Below are positions 34,595 to 47,990 of a stretch of DNA of 64,000 nt, piece after piece. The DNA comes from Octopus sinensis (taxonomy: Eukaryota). The notes under the pieces are model-generated. The model saw nothing but the letters and a program-made list of their open reading frames with translations. It had not been told where the DNA came from and did no database searches. How positions within the stretch are numbered: the stretch's first letter is position 1; every line of letters begins with the position of its first letter. A program made the position numbers and the translations under genes. The stretch covers positions 6,510,001 to 6,574,000 of the forward strand of contig NC_043016.1 of assembly GCF_006345805.1 (NCBI RefSeq). The letters are read 5' to 3'.

Positions 34595-34669
34595 CTAAAT
34601 ATACATTAAGTGAAAACTAAAAACAATACTTAAATTATACAATACTTTAAAATTAATTAATATATACAA

Positions 34670-36095
34670 TGCTAGTACAGGCCATTAATATCGTAATGAA
34701 AATAAGAAATGGTTCAAATATAGACAAACTCATTAAATAAGCTAACTATATAATTAATATATATGTGTAGTTTCTATAGATTTAATGTATCACTCAATAA
34801 TATAGTTGACTAAATATCAATTAATTTACTTAAATTTAATACTACTTAATAAATATACCACCTAATTATTAAATAATATATTGTCTAGCAAAATTAATTC
34901 TCAAATTAAATTAAATGTAATTCGTTAGATCCCTTTATAAAAATAATAATAAAGCATTCTAAATAGATATAATAATTAATATTTCAACAACAATAATAAT
35001 CAAACCCAATAAAATTCAAAAGCCAAATAATACTTATAAGCAAAAACTGTTACTTAGCTTGTCGATCAAAATAATATAACTGAATTTCAAACGTAAAAAA
35101 CATGTATAAGTCTTAGTGTTTATAAAAATTAATATCGTGAAGATTTAGTGTAAACAAATAGAATAATTTATCAATGAAAATGGCGAAAACTATTTACTAA
35201 TGAAAAATACGAAAAACATCTAAGCCCCACGAATTAAAGAAAGGTACGAAAAATATTTGAACAAATGAACAAGACACTATGAAGACATTCAACTACAACC
35301 GACAGTCCACTATAAATCCAGTCAATAACTATAATAATAATAACAACAATCAAACTCAATATAATACAAAATCCAAACAATATTAATAAACAAACTATGT
35401 TACGAAGTTCAACGATTAAATTAATATAACTGAATTTTAAATGTATAAAAATATATATTTTAGTGTCTTATTAATATAACCAATGCTATTACTAGTCATG
35501 AATAATACAATCAAAAATAGGAAATGGTTCAAATATACCCAAATCCATTATATAAACTAACTATTTTATTAATATATATGTGTAATATCTATAGATTTAA
35601 TATTTCACACGATAATAAAGTTAAACATAATATTAATTAAAATAAAAACTAATTTACTTAAATGTAATACTAAATAAAAATATTACCTCATTATTAAATA
35701 ATGTATAGTCTAACGAAAGTAATTCTCAAATTAAATTATATGTAAAACATTAAATCCCTTTATAAAATTGTACAGATATCGTAACTAATAACTATCACGA
35801 AACTATAAATAAATAATAATATTTCAACAACAATAATAATAACAATAATAATAATAATTTCAAACCCAAAACGATTCAAAATCCAAATGAAATAGATAAA
35901 CAATAAAATGTAACTTAGCTTGCCGAAGGAAAAATGTAACTGAATTTTAAACGTAATAAAATAGTTATAAAATTTAACGTGTGAAGACATTGTGCAAACA
36001 AATAGAATAAAATCTCAATGAAAATGGCAAATCTTTTTATCAATGAAAAATACGAAAAAAACGAAAAAAACATTTAAGCCTCATGAACTAAAGAA
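34670..36095. repeat. Diverged AT-rich tandem duplication (~600-bp units plus a partial unit)
   Basis: aata(a/g)gaaatggttcaaatata at ~34702 and ~35516; gaaaaatacgaaaa..aagcc at ~35200 and ~36045. Confidence 0.7.
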
Positions 36096-36135
36096 ATAAT
36101 TATTTTATTATTGTAGTTTATTTTTAACCTGATGA

Positions 36136-37700
36136 GTGGCTATATATGCTCTAAAATCAAGCAGATTCAAAACTAAAATCTCATATATACTTAACACGAG
36201 ACTTAAAAGCAAGATAGCTGGTCGACCACCTGACCCTGTCACGGTTGATTGGAGAAGATGCAATGCACTACCTGATTGCAACCAAAATAAGCCACTGATT
36301 AGAAACATGTTTAAAGATGTTAGAAATAGGAAGCGAAATAGTGCTCGTGAGGAGATTAGTAAAGCCAAGAGCTCACATTCTAGAATCATCATCATTTAAC
36401 GTCCGCTTTCCATGCTAGCATGGATGATTTTGACTGAGGGCTGGCGAACCAGATGGCTGCATTAGGCCCCAATCTTGATCTAGCAGATTTTCTACAGCTG
36501 GATGCCCTTCCTAATGCCAACCACTCCGAGAGTGTAGTGGGTGCTTTTTACGTGCCACTGGCACGGGGTCCAGTCAGGCGGTACTGGCAATGACCTCGCT
36601 CGAATCTTTTTACACATGCCACCGGCACAGGTGCCAGTAAGGCGACGTTGGTAATGATCACGCTCGAACGGTGCCCTTTTACGTGCCACCGGCATGGGGG
36701 CCAGTTGGCTGTTCTGGCAATGATCACGCTCGGATGGTGCTCTTGGCACCCTACTAGTACGGACACAAGTGCCAGTAAGGCGATGCTGGTAACGATCACA
36801 CTCAAAAGTTGCCCTTTTATGTGCCACTGGCATAGATGCCGGTTAGCCGCTCTGTTAACGACTAACCGGCTTCTGTGCCAGTGGCACATGAAAGAAAAGT
36901 AATAAGAAAAGTAATATGGTTCGCCCACCCCCCTTTTCTCTTAGAGCGGTCATTTGCCCAAGATGTTTTTTAGGATTCTGGAGGAGAACTTCCCTAAGAG
37001 TCATAAATACTATAGCATTTGCAATAAGTCTTCTATCAAGTTCTCTTTGTAATGCCAAATTTGGCCTCCCTTATTGCATCTATAAATAGAAGCAAGTTAA
37101 ATGGAGATGTTTTTCTGATGGAAACCCCTGTTCTGGGCAGGTAAGTTATGATACGCTTAAGGTTTGTGATGCCAACATTTTGCTCTCACCAGGTGTATCG
37201 AACCCCAGTAATGAGGGATGTGAAGGAGTGAATATGGGAAACCTGACAAGTACTGTTAATAGTAGAAATAAGGTTAGGGATGGCCCTGAGAATCATGTAA
37301 TTGTAGAAACCCTGGATTATGTCCCCTTGATGGGTTCTGTCTAATTACTAATGCAATATATAAATGTGTTGTTAAGGATGAGGATAATTTAAATAAGGTA
37401 GCACAGTAAATTTTAAGGCTAGTTATAGGGACCACATGAGCTCATTTTCGAACAAAAAATACTGTAGCTCTACCACACTCGCATCTTATTTACATGATCT
37501 AAAGAGGAATAATAAGAGTCATTCTCTGGAATGGTCCATTATTTTGAGAGCCCCTTACTTCAGAGTAAATATAAGTAAGTGTAAGTTGTGTGTAAAGGAA
37601 ACCCTTGCAATCCTTAAGTCTTCTGGGCCAAAAACTTTAAATAGATTTACTGAGGTGATCCCTTTTGCAATCATAAGTTTTCATCCACCTTTTTGAAAGT
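36136..37700 (+). pseudogene. Penelope-like element, 5'-truncated: post-RT region, Cys linker, C-terminal GIY-YIG (copy 2)
   Basis: RKVIWFAPPF, NFPKSHKYYSICNKSSIKFS, SCNCRNPGLCPLDGFCLITNAIYKC, FKASYRDHMSSFSNKKY..TTLASYL..LEWSIIL..CKLCVKE; interrupted at 36393-36885. Confidence 0.85.
36393..36885 (-). mobile_element. RTE-tail element inserted in the PLE
   Basis: (CAT)n tail at left, ctacagctggatgcccttcctaatgccaacc. Confidence 0.85.
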
Positions 37701-37913
37701 ATATAGAAATAAAAATAGATGTAATAAAATTGTTTAGCGTTACAGGGATTTGAAACCGGTGAGGTTGAATTTCTGTTAACTACAGCCACCTGAGTGTTTA
37801 GCAATAGTCTCTTTTTTTTTTCTATAGAAAATTTGGACTGGTTCACTGATGGGTTCTTCTTAAATTATATAAGCTTTTTCATAAAAAGTTTTCATCTGTG
37901 CATGTTTCATGTT

Positions 37914-37995
37914 TATCTTAATGAGGTGGCCATCACCGTGATGCACTTTAGTGTAAATGAACTGCGGTGGTGAGCTCCTGAAATGGCCGTAGATA
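37914..37995 (+). ncRNA. Degenerate hammerhead in the PLE 3' region
   Basis: tatc-TTAATGA-GG..catcaccg/cggtggtg..CCT-GAAA-TGGCCG-TA-gata; C3, G5 and C15.2 changed, stems retained. Confidence 0.5.
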
Positions 37996-38540
37996 TATGT
38001 GAATGTTGAATTTGACTGGTGATATCTGTTTACTTATGAACTTTGGACGTATTTGTGTGAGGGGAGTAAAAGACTTTTTTTCAAGATGTCTTTGAATTTG
38101 ACCTGTGGAAGTCTGTTTACTTATGAACTTTGGACGTACTTGTGTGAGGGAAGTAAAAGACTTTTTCAAATATTTTTTTTTTTAAATTAAAAAAAAGTTT
38201 TTTTAAATAATTTAAAAAAGATATTTTAATCATCTGATAAAATTTATTTTATTTTTATTTTTATTTTTATTTTATATTTGTCCATTAGGCTTTTTGGTAG
38301 TTTTGAATTTTTAGTCATTATATTTAACTTTTGATAAGCTGTCCTATTTTTATTTTATTAGAATATACATTTTTACATCCTGTGATTTTATGTATATGTA
38401 TTATTATTTATGTGTTTGTTTGCTGTTTTTATATATATAATGAAATGTTTGAGGAGTGGTGTTGTATGTAAAGTTGTTGACCCAAATCTATTGTTTGTTC
38501 TATAACCAATGCTACTTTATATATGTATATATATATATAT

Positions 38541-38768
38541 AATTGTGAGTGTGTGTGTGTATGCATGTGTACTGTTGGCAATTTTTTTTTCTTCCTCCGT
38601 CTTCCCTTCTCTGGATCTTTCCTTTTCCTATGTTTCTGACGAAGAGTTCCACTCGAAACATTAAACCCTCCTTCTTTCCTTCTTTCCTGAGCGTCCAATA
38701 ATACTATATTTGTCCCACGTCCTCGCGTTGTTGTGTTTTCTCTTTGTGTTTTCATGTTTGGATTAACT
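38541..38768 (+). mobile_element. ~200-bp (TA)n-flanked HHR element, copy 2
   Basis: Homologous to 14578-14790. Confidence 0.85.
38632..38666 (+). ncRNA. Minimal type-I hammerhead motif
   Basis: gttt-CTGACGA-A-GAGT-tcc-ACTC-GAAAC-ATT-aaac. Confidence 0.72.
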
Positions 38769-40381
38769 ATATATACATGTAATTGTGTGTGTGAAACAAT
38801 GAGAACTTCTTAATAGAGTAGGTTCTCATGGGTTAGACGGTTAAGACAGGGACTGGTAAACCAGAGAGCCATACTAGGCTCTAGTCAAATTCAGCCTTAT
38901 TTCTATGGCTGGACGCCCTTCTTAATGCAAACCATTCCAAGTGTGTAGTAAGTGCTTTTTATGTGTCACCAACATGGGTGCCTTTTACATGTCACTGAAG
39001 AGGGAAACCCAGGAAAGCCTGGGATAAAGTAATAAAGGTTCATTTTAAGATGCTGAATCTTATGGATGAGATGACAAAGGACTGAGATGATTTGAGAAGA
39101 CCTGTCCATTACAGCAGACATGGTATCCTGAAACCACCTTCGTTACGCTTGTATGTGTGACTGCCCTGTCCCTCATCAATCTGTTAAGAATTTCCCTCTC
39201 ATCACATTCCCTAACACCCATCACTCCTCTGTCCAATGTGCTGCTTGGCCTTGGCTGTTGTAATCACCTGAGAGCAGAATAGGTACATTATCTCACTCAC
39301 TCCGAACATACTTAGAGGAGTAAACCTCAATGATAAAAGAATCCCAGCCTTGAATTGCAGAAAGTTGGCATATGATGGATGGAAGCTTCAACAAACTGAT
39401 TCATTGGATACATGCAATTTCTGCTTCACTAAAGGAGCTTCTGTCTCTACTAATGAGGAAATGCAATCTACAGGAGGAGTATGTGGCCCCTGTCAGCATT
39501 AAGCCACTGAAAGATCAAAATGACAAGGTTTATTAGCTGCACTATAGTTCAAAGCCCTAATTTACAACCTGTAGTTGATGCACGTCAGGACTTATCCAGC
39601 ATTTATGATGTTGCATCTTTAGACTCTGACGAGATATGTAGCTGATGGCAATAAGGGGAGGGGGGAAGGTCTCGGTTGGAACCCAGCCATAATAATATTA
39701 CTTCTCCTCAGAGTCACTTCCATTTCTCATTATCATTCCTGACCACACTATTTCCACCAACCACCTTCTTTTCTGTCTTATAGCTCTTTTCTGCTATATT
39801 TCATTCTGACCACCTCTCTCCCTTTCTATCACTCTCAGTGTCCTCTCACATCTACCATCACACCCCTCCTACCACAACATCCTCCTCTGAGCCAGTCCTA
39901 TATCTCTCACCATCATTCACCACATGCACATCTAACCTCATCTTTCCTCCTCCATTTCTCCCTATCTGACCCTCACCCATCCATTGTATCTTGAGATGCT
40001 CCAACATTCCAGCTTCACTTCTGTCTTCTTTCCATCTTCCTAACAACTCCACTTCCTATCTCTATTACAAGCCATCCAGGTTTGTTCATCAATCACATCT
40101 TTCCCTCTCAACATCTGGCATAGAACCATTGCCCCTTCCTCTCACAAATGCTACCCCACCCTTCAATTAGGTGAGGAAGGTCTTTCCTTCTTTTCCTATC
40201 CCCTATATTTTTTCTTCCTTTTCCTTTCCTTGTCTACCTTGCAATTTACACAGCAACCTCACTAGTGTTGGTGGCATGCAAAAACCACCCAGTCCATGCT
40301 GTAAAGTGGCTGGTATTAGGAAAAGCATACAGTCATAGAAACCATGCTAAAACCTTATGACTCATCAAATCTTATCAAACC

Positions 40382-40609
40382 TATTTCTTTATTGCCCACA
40401 AGGGGCTAAACACAGAGGGGACAAACAAGGACAGACAAACGGATTAAGTTGATTATATCGACCCCAGTGCGTAACTGGTACTTAATTTATCGATCCCAAA
40501 AGGATGAAAGGCAAAGTCTGCCTTGGTGGAATTTGAACTCAGAACGTAGCGGCAGACGAAATATGGCTATGCATTTCGTCTGGCATGCTAACGTTTCTGC
40601 CAGCTCGCC
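40382..40609 (-). mobile_element. tRNA-derived SINE family S3
   Basis: Minus: ggcgagctggcagaaacgttagc (A box), gagttcaaattcc (B box). Confidence 0.88.
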
Positions 40610-40719
40610 ACCTTTCAAATCTTATCAAATCTTATCAAATCACCAAACCCATGTCAGCATGGACAATGGACATTAAATGAAGTGTGTATGGATGAGAGCA
40701 ACCGTATAACGAAGTGTCA

Positions 40720-41096
40720 TTCCGTAACTGTGGAGGAAACCTGTGGAAGAGGTAGACCCAGGAAGACATTGGACAAGGTGGTGAAGTATGAGCTTCAAAT
40801 GTTGGATCTCATGGAGGCAATGACAAATGATTGAGACCTTTGACGATTTGCTATGCTTGAGAAGACTCATCACGCCGAGTGAAATCATAGTTGTTGTCAG
40901 TGCTGGTGTCATGTAAAAGGCATACACTACACTCTTGGAGTTCCTGGCATTAGGAATGGCATCCAGTTGTAGAAACCATGCCAATCAGACTGGAACCTGG
41001 TATAGCTCTCTGGCTTGTCAGTTCCAGACCAACCATCTAACCCATGCCAGCATGGAAAGTGGATGCTAAGTGATGATGATGATGATGATGATGATG

Positions 41097-41098
<2 letters not shown>
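40720..41098 (+). mobile_element. Old RTE 3' fragment with (ATG)n tail
   Basis: ggaaacctgtggaagaggtagacccaggaagac..aggaatggcatccagttgtagaaacc. Confidence 0.75.
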
Positions 41099-41131
<33 letters not shown>

Positions 41132-41559
41132 CACACACACTAGTGGGCCTCCTGGACTTAAGCTTGGTCTGTACAGTGCTCAAATGTATTCATACGGCAC
41201 ATATTGGCATCTATCATAATGGCTATTTTCCTTACAATAAAAGTTGTTAAAAGGTATTGAAATATTGCATAACATAATTTTTAACATTCATTTACAATAT
41301 ATCACCATGTTTCAATTCACCAGTAGAAAATACAATTACTTGTAATCGTAACACATGTAAGAGAAGGGATATTCCAATGGCAGATGAATATGAAAATGTT
41401 TTGTGGATCAAATGAATTTGTAGTAACTGGAAAATGCATTTAGGCATAAATGATGAATCACGCATTTGATGTAGCACTAGAAATTGTGGTTGTGTCGTGG
41501 AGAACTTTTGTCTTCATAGACATTTGGTTTCTGTCTTTGGCATTATTGTCACTGGCAGC

Positions 41560-44500
41560 AGTGGTAACACCCATGCTCAAATGGTGCTTTTTATGTGCCA
41601 CCAGCATGGGAGCCAGTAAGGCAGCACTGGCAGTGATGGTGCTTTTTACAGGCCAGTGTCATGGGTGCCAATCAGGCGGTTCTGTCATCGGCCACAACAA
41701 CGATTTTGCTTGCCTCAACAGGTCATCGCAAGTGCAGTTTATTGCCCAATGGTTGAATGGGCTGGTTATACTGCACTATCCTAGGCCACAGTTACGGTTT
41801 CCCTTGGCTTGCAGGATCTTCTCAAGCACAGCATATCTCCAAAGGTCTTGGTCACTTGTCATCGCCTCGGTGAGGCCCAATGTTTGATGGACGCGCTTCA
41901 CCACCTCATCCCAGGTCTTCTTGGGTCTACCTATTCCACAGATTCCCTTCACTGCTAGCGTGTGACACTTTAGCACACAGCTGTCCTCATCCATACGTAA
42001 CACATGACCATACCAGTGCAGTCGTCTCTCTTGCACACCACATCTGATGCTTCTTATACCCAACTTTTCTCTCAGGGTGCTTACACTCTGTTGTGTATGC
42101 ACACTGACATTACACATTCAGTGGAGCATACTGTCTTCATTCCTTGCAAGCTTACACATGTCCTCAGCAGTCACAGCCCATGTTTCATTGCCATGTAGCA
42201 TGGCTGTCCGTACACATGCATCATACAGTCTACCTTTTACTCTGAGTGAGAGGCCCTTTGTCACCAGCAGAGGTAAGAGCTCTCTGAACTTTGCCCAGGC
42301 TATTCTTATTCTAGCAGCTACACTTTCAGTGCACCTACCTCCGCTACTGACTTGGTCACCTAGGTAATGGAAGCTATCAACTACTTGTAGTTTTTCTCCC
42401 TGGAAAGTAACGGAAGTTGTTTTCTGCACATTTTCAGTGTTTATTGCTCCTGAGCATTTGCCACACACAAAAACTATCTTCCCAGTTAGTCTTCCTTTGA
42501 TATTGCTGCACCTCTTATGTGTCCAAAGCTTACACTGGGTACATCTTATGGAGTTTCTACCTACACCTTTTCTTCAGATCGAGCAGGACCATCTACCTGA
42601 AGGGATTTGTGGTTTGTCTGCCTTCCTACTGATTAAGACTTTGATTTTTGCTAGATTGACTCTAAGGCCCTTCAATTCTAGACCTTGCTTCCACACCTGA
42701 AGCTTCTCGAGTTCTGATAGTGACTCAGCAATTAGAGCAAGGTCATCAGCATAGAGGAGCTCCCAGGTGCATCCTGTCTTGAATTCCTCTGTTATTGCCT
42801 GGAGGACTATGATGAATAAGAGGGGCTGAGGACTGATCCTTGGTTGACTCCTACCCCTACCCAGAATTCTTCACTGTAATCGTTGCCAACCCTTGTAATT
42901 ATTCGTATCTAAGGCGTCACCTTTACCTTTGTAGCAGTTGACTATGGTATTGCCACACCAGTCATTGGGTATAACTCTATCATGAACTTCCTGATTTACA
43001 ATGTGGGTGACTAGGCCAAAGCCCACACCACCAGATGTTTTAAGCATCTCTGCAGTGATTCCTGATGGGCCGGGGGCTTTCCCTGTCTTCAAACCCTTAA
43101 TTGCTTTATCTACCAAGGTACTGTCAATTCGAATAGCTGGTCCCACTGTTGGGTCGACATTCGGCAGACTCTCTTTCTCCCATTCCTTCTCTTCATTTAG
43201 CAACCTTTCATTGTGGTGTCTCCAAGCCTCTCTCCTTACAGCCTCATTAAATGCAAGTGAGCTGTCATCCATGTGGACAAAATTCTCTCCTATGACATCA
43301 CAATTCTCTCTCACACACTGTCTTGCAACACGAAATACCTCAAGTCTTTGGTCCTCATGACGCAGAACATTGGCAAATTTTTTCTTATCTATTTCCCTTC
43401 TGGCTAAGTAAAACTGTCTCCTAGCTTCCCTTCTGGCAGTCTGATACAATTCCCTGCTACCACCATTCTTCCAGTCCTTCCATGCCTGTTTCTTTTCTCT
43501 AATGGGACAACCTGTTGAGGGCTACTGACCTTATCTGTGGATGGTGCAAAGCCCCCCTCTTGACCCAAGGTGGTGATGGAACAATGTAATTACCTTGGGT
43601 TGAGAGGGGGACTTTACACCATCCCTAGATATGGTCAGTAGCCCTCAACAGGTTTTCCTGTAGATCCTTCCAGTTGTCTTCCACATCATGTGATGCTATA
43701 TCCCTCTCTATTTCGTCAAAAGCTTCAAGTAATACGTCTCTAAATCTCTGTCCATTTGCAGGATCCTTAAGCTTCCGGACTCTTCTCCTCCATGCTGGTC
43801 ATCTTCTAGGCATCCATTTAGCCCTGATTCTGAAGTCGCTCACTACAAATGTATGATGTGAGGTGCATTCCTCACCTAGGAAGGTTTTGACTTTTATAAG
43901 TAGCCATCTTTCCTGTTTTCTATTGAGGATGTAGTCAATTTGACTAGTGTATCCACCAGATCGGTAAGATCATTTGCATTGCAGAACTCCAGCAGCCTGG
44001 TTCCCTCCTCATTGTGGAAACCAAAGCCATAGCCTCCGTGTACACCATGGAAGGCCCCTGCATGTTGTCCAACATGTCCATTGAAGTCACCAGCCACAAA
44101 GAGAAGGTCCCTGTCATTTGTCAATGATGTAGTTTGCAAGAGGGTGTCATAAAATCATTGATCTTTCTGTTCATCAGGTGGCCCTGGCTGAGGCGCATAA
44201 GCCAAAATAATGGTTGCTAATCCATTTTGCAGCACTAATCTAATCTTAAGTATTCTATCACAGACTCTGACTACCTCAATTACCTTATCAACCCATTTCT
44301 CCTCAAGAAGTATACCCATGCCCCAACCCCATCAGTGTTCCCTACCCAGAAAATCTTTTGCCTGTGAGGAACCTATCAGAACTTCCTCTTCACCTTACTC
44401 CTTGGATGCAGCACAAATCTACACATCTCCGTTCAAGCATCTCAACAATCTCATCAGACCTACCTTTCAGTGTGCCAACATTAAATGTGACAACCCTGAG

Positions 44501-44570
44501 GGTGTGGGAGGTGTGGGCCTGTGAGACCCTTGGATGGGGGACAGCAGTATCATGTACCTGAAAAGAAAGC
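41560..44570 (-). mobile_element. RTE-clade LINE copy E, APE start to 3' UTR, with RT-core deletion and internal inverted duplication
   Basis: TLRVVTFNVGTLKGRS..LCCIQ, VAGDFNGHVG, GKAPGPSG, KGDALDTNNYK joined directly to the VGV.QGSVLSP region at ~42895; Cys finger; RLHWYGHV. Confidence 0.9.
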
Positions 44571-45559
44571 TTGCATTTATATATACACATGTACACAAAA
44601 TATATATATGCACACACACACAGAGTATATGTATGTGTGTGCATGGGTCTGTGTATAAATATATACATACACATATATGCAAATACATTTATACATGCAT
44701 ACATATATAAATGTACACATACATGCATACATACATACATGCATACATAGATACATACATGCATACATAGATACATGGATGCATGAATACATAGATATAT
44801 GCATGCATATATGCATACATAGTTATGAGCATGTGTGTGTGTGTTTGGTTTATTATTTCTACTGCACACCAACATACACAGCTCATTCAATCATTTATTC
44901 CGCCTGTAAGACAACAACCATTAAAACAATAAACTTTTCCTTTTAATTTATTTTTACTTTTGTTTCTTTTCTCCTTGTTTATCTGCATGACTATCATCTT
45001 GCAGATGCAGGATTAGTGAGATTGATTACAAACTCATCACTATAAAAATATGAAGGCGGACATATTGGATACATATCATGTCATTTTGTCCTTTCATATC
45101 TATTTTGAGGAAAACAAATACTCTGAGGAAATAAACTTAGATATAAATGGAGAAATTTACTCTGTTATGTGATACTCTCTTCCTTTCATTCAAATATTTT
45201 TCTCTCTTTTAATTTTTTAAAAGATATTCTTATTGTTTCTTTTTTTGGCCTGGTTCCTTGTTTTTATTTTATTTTAAAGTTGTCTGTTTTTACGCTTTTC
45301 TGCTACATTTAATTTATGTGTTTTTAATGACAATGACAATGATGATGATGATAATGGTCATCATCATCATCATCATCATCACCATCACCATCCTTTAATG
45401 TCTGTTTTTCATGCTGGCATGGACTGGGTAGTTTGATAGGAGCTGATAAAGCAGGTCCTATTGTCTGTTTTTGCATGTTTTCTACAGCTGGTTGTTCTTC
45501 CTAATGCTAGTCCCTTTATAGGGTGTACTGGATGCTTTTTATGTGAAATCATCACCAGT

Positions 45560-45706
45560 GCTTAGGCACATGACCTAGTGGTTAGGGTGTCACACGGTTG
45601 CGAGATTGTGACTTTGATTATCCTGATTGGGTGGTGGGTTGTGTTCTTGAGCAAAATACTTCATTTCCCACTGCTCTGTGATAATTTCGATATCTGGTAG
45701 TGGAAC
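45560..45706 (+). mobile_element. SINE tRNA/CORE-like head
   Basis: cacatgacctagtggttagggt..ttgtgttcttgagcaaatacttcatttccca. Confidence 0.6.
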
Positions 45707-45716
45707 ATTTGTGCAA

Positions 45717-45997
45717 ATATATGGGACATTACCACCTGTATCATCTCTTGTGAAAGGTAGAAGAATCCAGTTTGCTGGACATTGTTGTAGAGCTGAAAAA
45801 GAGGTAATTTCTACTCTTCTCCTCTGGAAGCTATCTGCTCGCAATACCAAAGGGCGCACACTCTCCTACCCTGATGTAATCTCCAGGGATACAGGCATCC
45901 AGCAACAGGACCTCCATAATGCTATGATGGACCGTGAAGTCTGGCGTAACATAGTAAATTCCATTGTCTCGACCACGGTCGAACAGTGTTGATGATG
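45717..45997 (+). mobile_element. Second RTE family, 3' fragment, with apparent 10-bp TSD
   Basis: RRIQFAGHCCRA..LLW..LSYPDVISRDTG..AMMDREVWR, (TGA)n tail; ATTTGTGCAA at 45707-16 and 45998-46007. Confidence 0.85.
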
Positions 45998-46229
45998 ATT
46001 TGTGCAACTATTCAGGCAATATCGATTTGATGGAGGGACTGCATGTATATAAACACAAACATTTGTTTACTATAAACAAATCATCTGTGTGAATGTTTTA
46101 CAGAACCTCCGTCCATTGTCTAATGACAGGAGTCCCTATTGTTTATAGTGGATGTTTGGGCTAAATTTGACAGTTTGCATAAAAGGAAAGGAAAACACAA
46201 TATTCCATCCAGAGATAAAATTATTTTAA

Positions 46230-46449
46230 CCCTTTAGCATTCAATCCGGCCATATCCAGTCCAAATATTCTACCAGTTATATGTTCAAATTAACCAGATC
46301 AGGCTTTCACACCTACCTTGCAATGCCATTCTAAAAATATATAATTACATCATTGAAATCTCAAAGCTATAAGATAATTAATGATTAATTCAAAACAATG
46401 TGAATAAATGAGTATTACATTTGGTAAGTGTAGTCTGAACGCTAAAGGG
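46230..46449. mobile_element. piggyBac-like MITE
   Basis: TTAA|CCCTTTAGCATT...AACGCTAAAGGG|TTAA. Confidence 0.85.
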
Positions 46450-47499
46450 TTAAAATATCCAAAAATATCAACTAGATTATGGTTGGGAGATAATAGGTTA
46501 CTGAAAGTAGCCATCCTCAGCTTCCACTATGGCCTCAAGATGGCTTTGGAACCTGACATGTCTCTGGGAAGATCTTTGAATACCTCCTTGATCTTGGCCT
46601 CTAGTAATATATAATATATATATAATGACACGCATACACATATATGGAGACACATCCCTACATAACAAATTCACATACATAGTCACAAAAACCCATACAC
46701 ATAGATTCACTCGACCACGCACACACAAGGAGACAGAGGTACACACACTAATACACACACAAACACATGCTGAATACATACATACATACGCAAGCATACA
46801 TGCACACTGATGCACACACATGCAAACGGAGAGAAAGGAATGTGGCTCCAATAACGGACAGTCAACATCCATTGACAAGCAACAAACATTTTGAAGAAAA
46901 TATATAATTTAAACATTAATTTTCTTCTTACATTTCACATAAAAATAAGAAGAAAAAGAAAAAGGCATGTTATGAAACTATAAAAAACATACAAAACTGT
47001 ATTTGGTTTATGTTTTCTTTTCATTTTGGTCTTGTTACCTGTTCTATTGCCAACAACTTTTCACTTCTCGTTAACCTTTAACACGATCTAATTATCACTA
47101 TGTAACCTAGACATACATGCCTCATGTCAGACTTTTGCAGAAAACGGGGGAAAATAGTTCCAAATAATGGTAAACGCTATGATAGTGTGGTTTGACAAGA
47201 AGCTTCTGTTGGTGCTGAGTGTTTTGTGTTAATGTTGGATGATGCTCTGAGGGTTGGAATTTGTTTCATTGGGGAAATATTTTGGCAGACATTGTCAAAT
47301 GCTTTGCTATTGGTTTGTGGATAACTACTTCTCTTTTAACAGTACTGGCTAGGAATAGCAGCCAAAATATCTCTTGAAGAAGGAAGGACATATTGGCTTG
47401 AATTGATTTAGAAGCAATATGCAAAAAAAAAAAAAATGTAAAAGAAATCAAGGATTGTCTTAGCTTGAATGCCTTTTGCTATGGATCTGCTTGTCAGGG

Positions 47500-47990
47500 C
47501 TATCATAATCATAATGAAGGGGATGATGATGGAGAGAGGTTGATGATGTTAATGGTGATGATGATGATGATATTGATGATGATGATGATGAAAATAATAG
47601 TGATGATATGATGATGATAATGAGGAGGAGGAGGAGGAGGAAAATAATGGTGATGATGATGATGAAAATAATGGCGATGATGATGATGATGGTGTTGATG
47701 ATGGCAATGATGGTGGTGGTAGTGATAGTGATGATGATGATGATAATGGTGATGATGAGGGAGATGTAGATAATGAGGATGCCGGCAATGCTGGTGGTGG
47801 TGGTGGTGATGGTGATGGTGATGTTGATGATGATGATATTGATGGTGACAATGATGGTGGTGGTACTGATGATGATGACCATGATTGTCATCATCATCAT
47901 CATCATTATCACTTACATCTTCACCACCACCACCACCACCACCACCACCACCACCACCACCACCGTCACTGCTGCTGCTGCTGCCACCAC
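47500..47990. repeat. Compound trinucleotide microsatellite (GAT/GAG/GGT then CAT/CAC/GCT)
   Basis: Direct reading. Confidence 0.9.
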
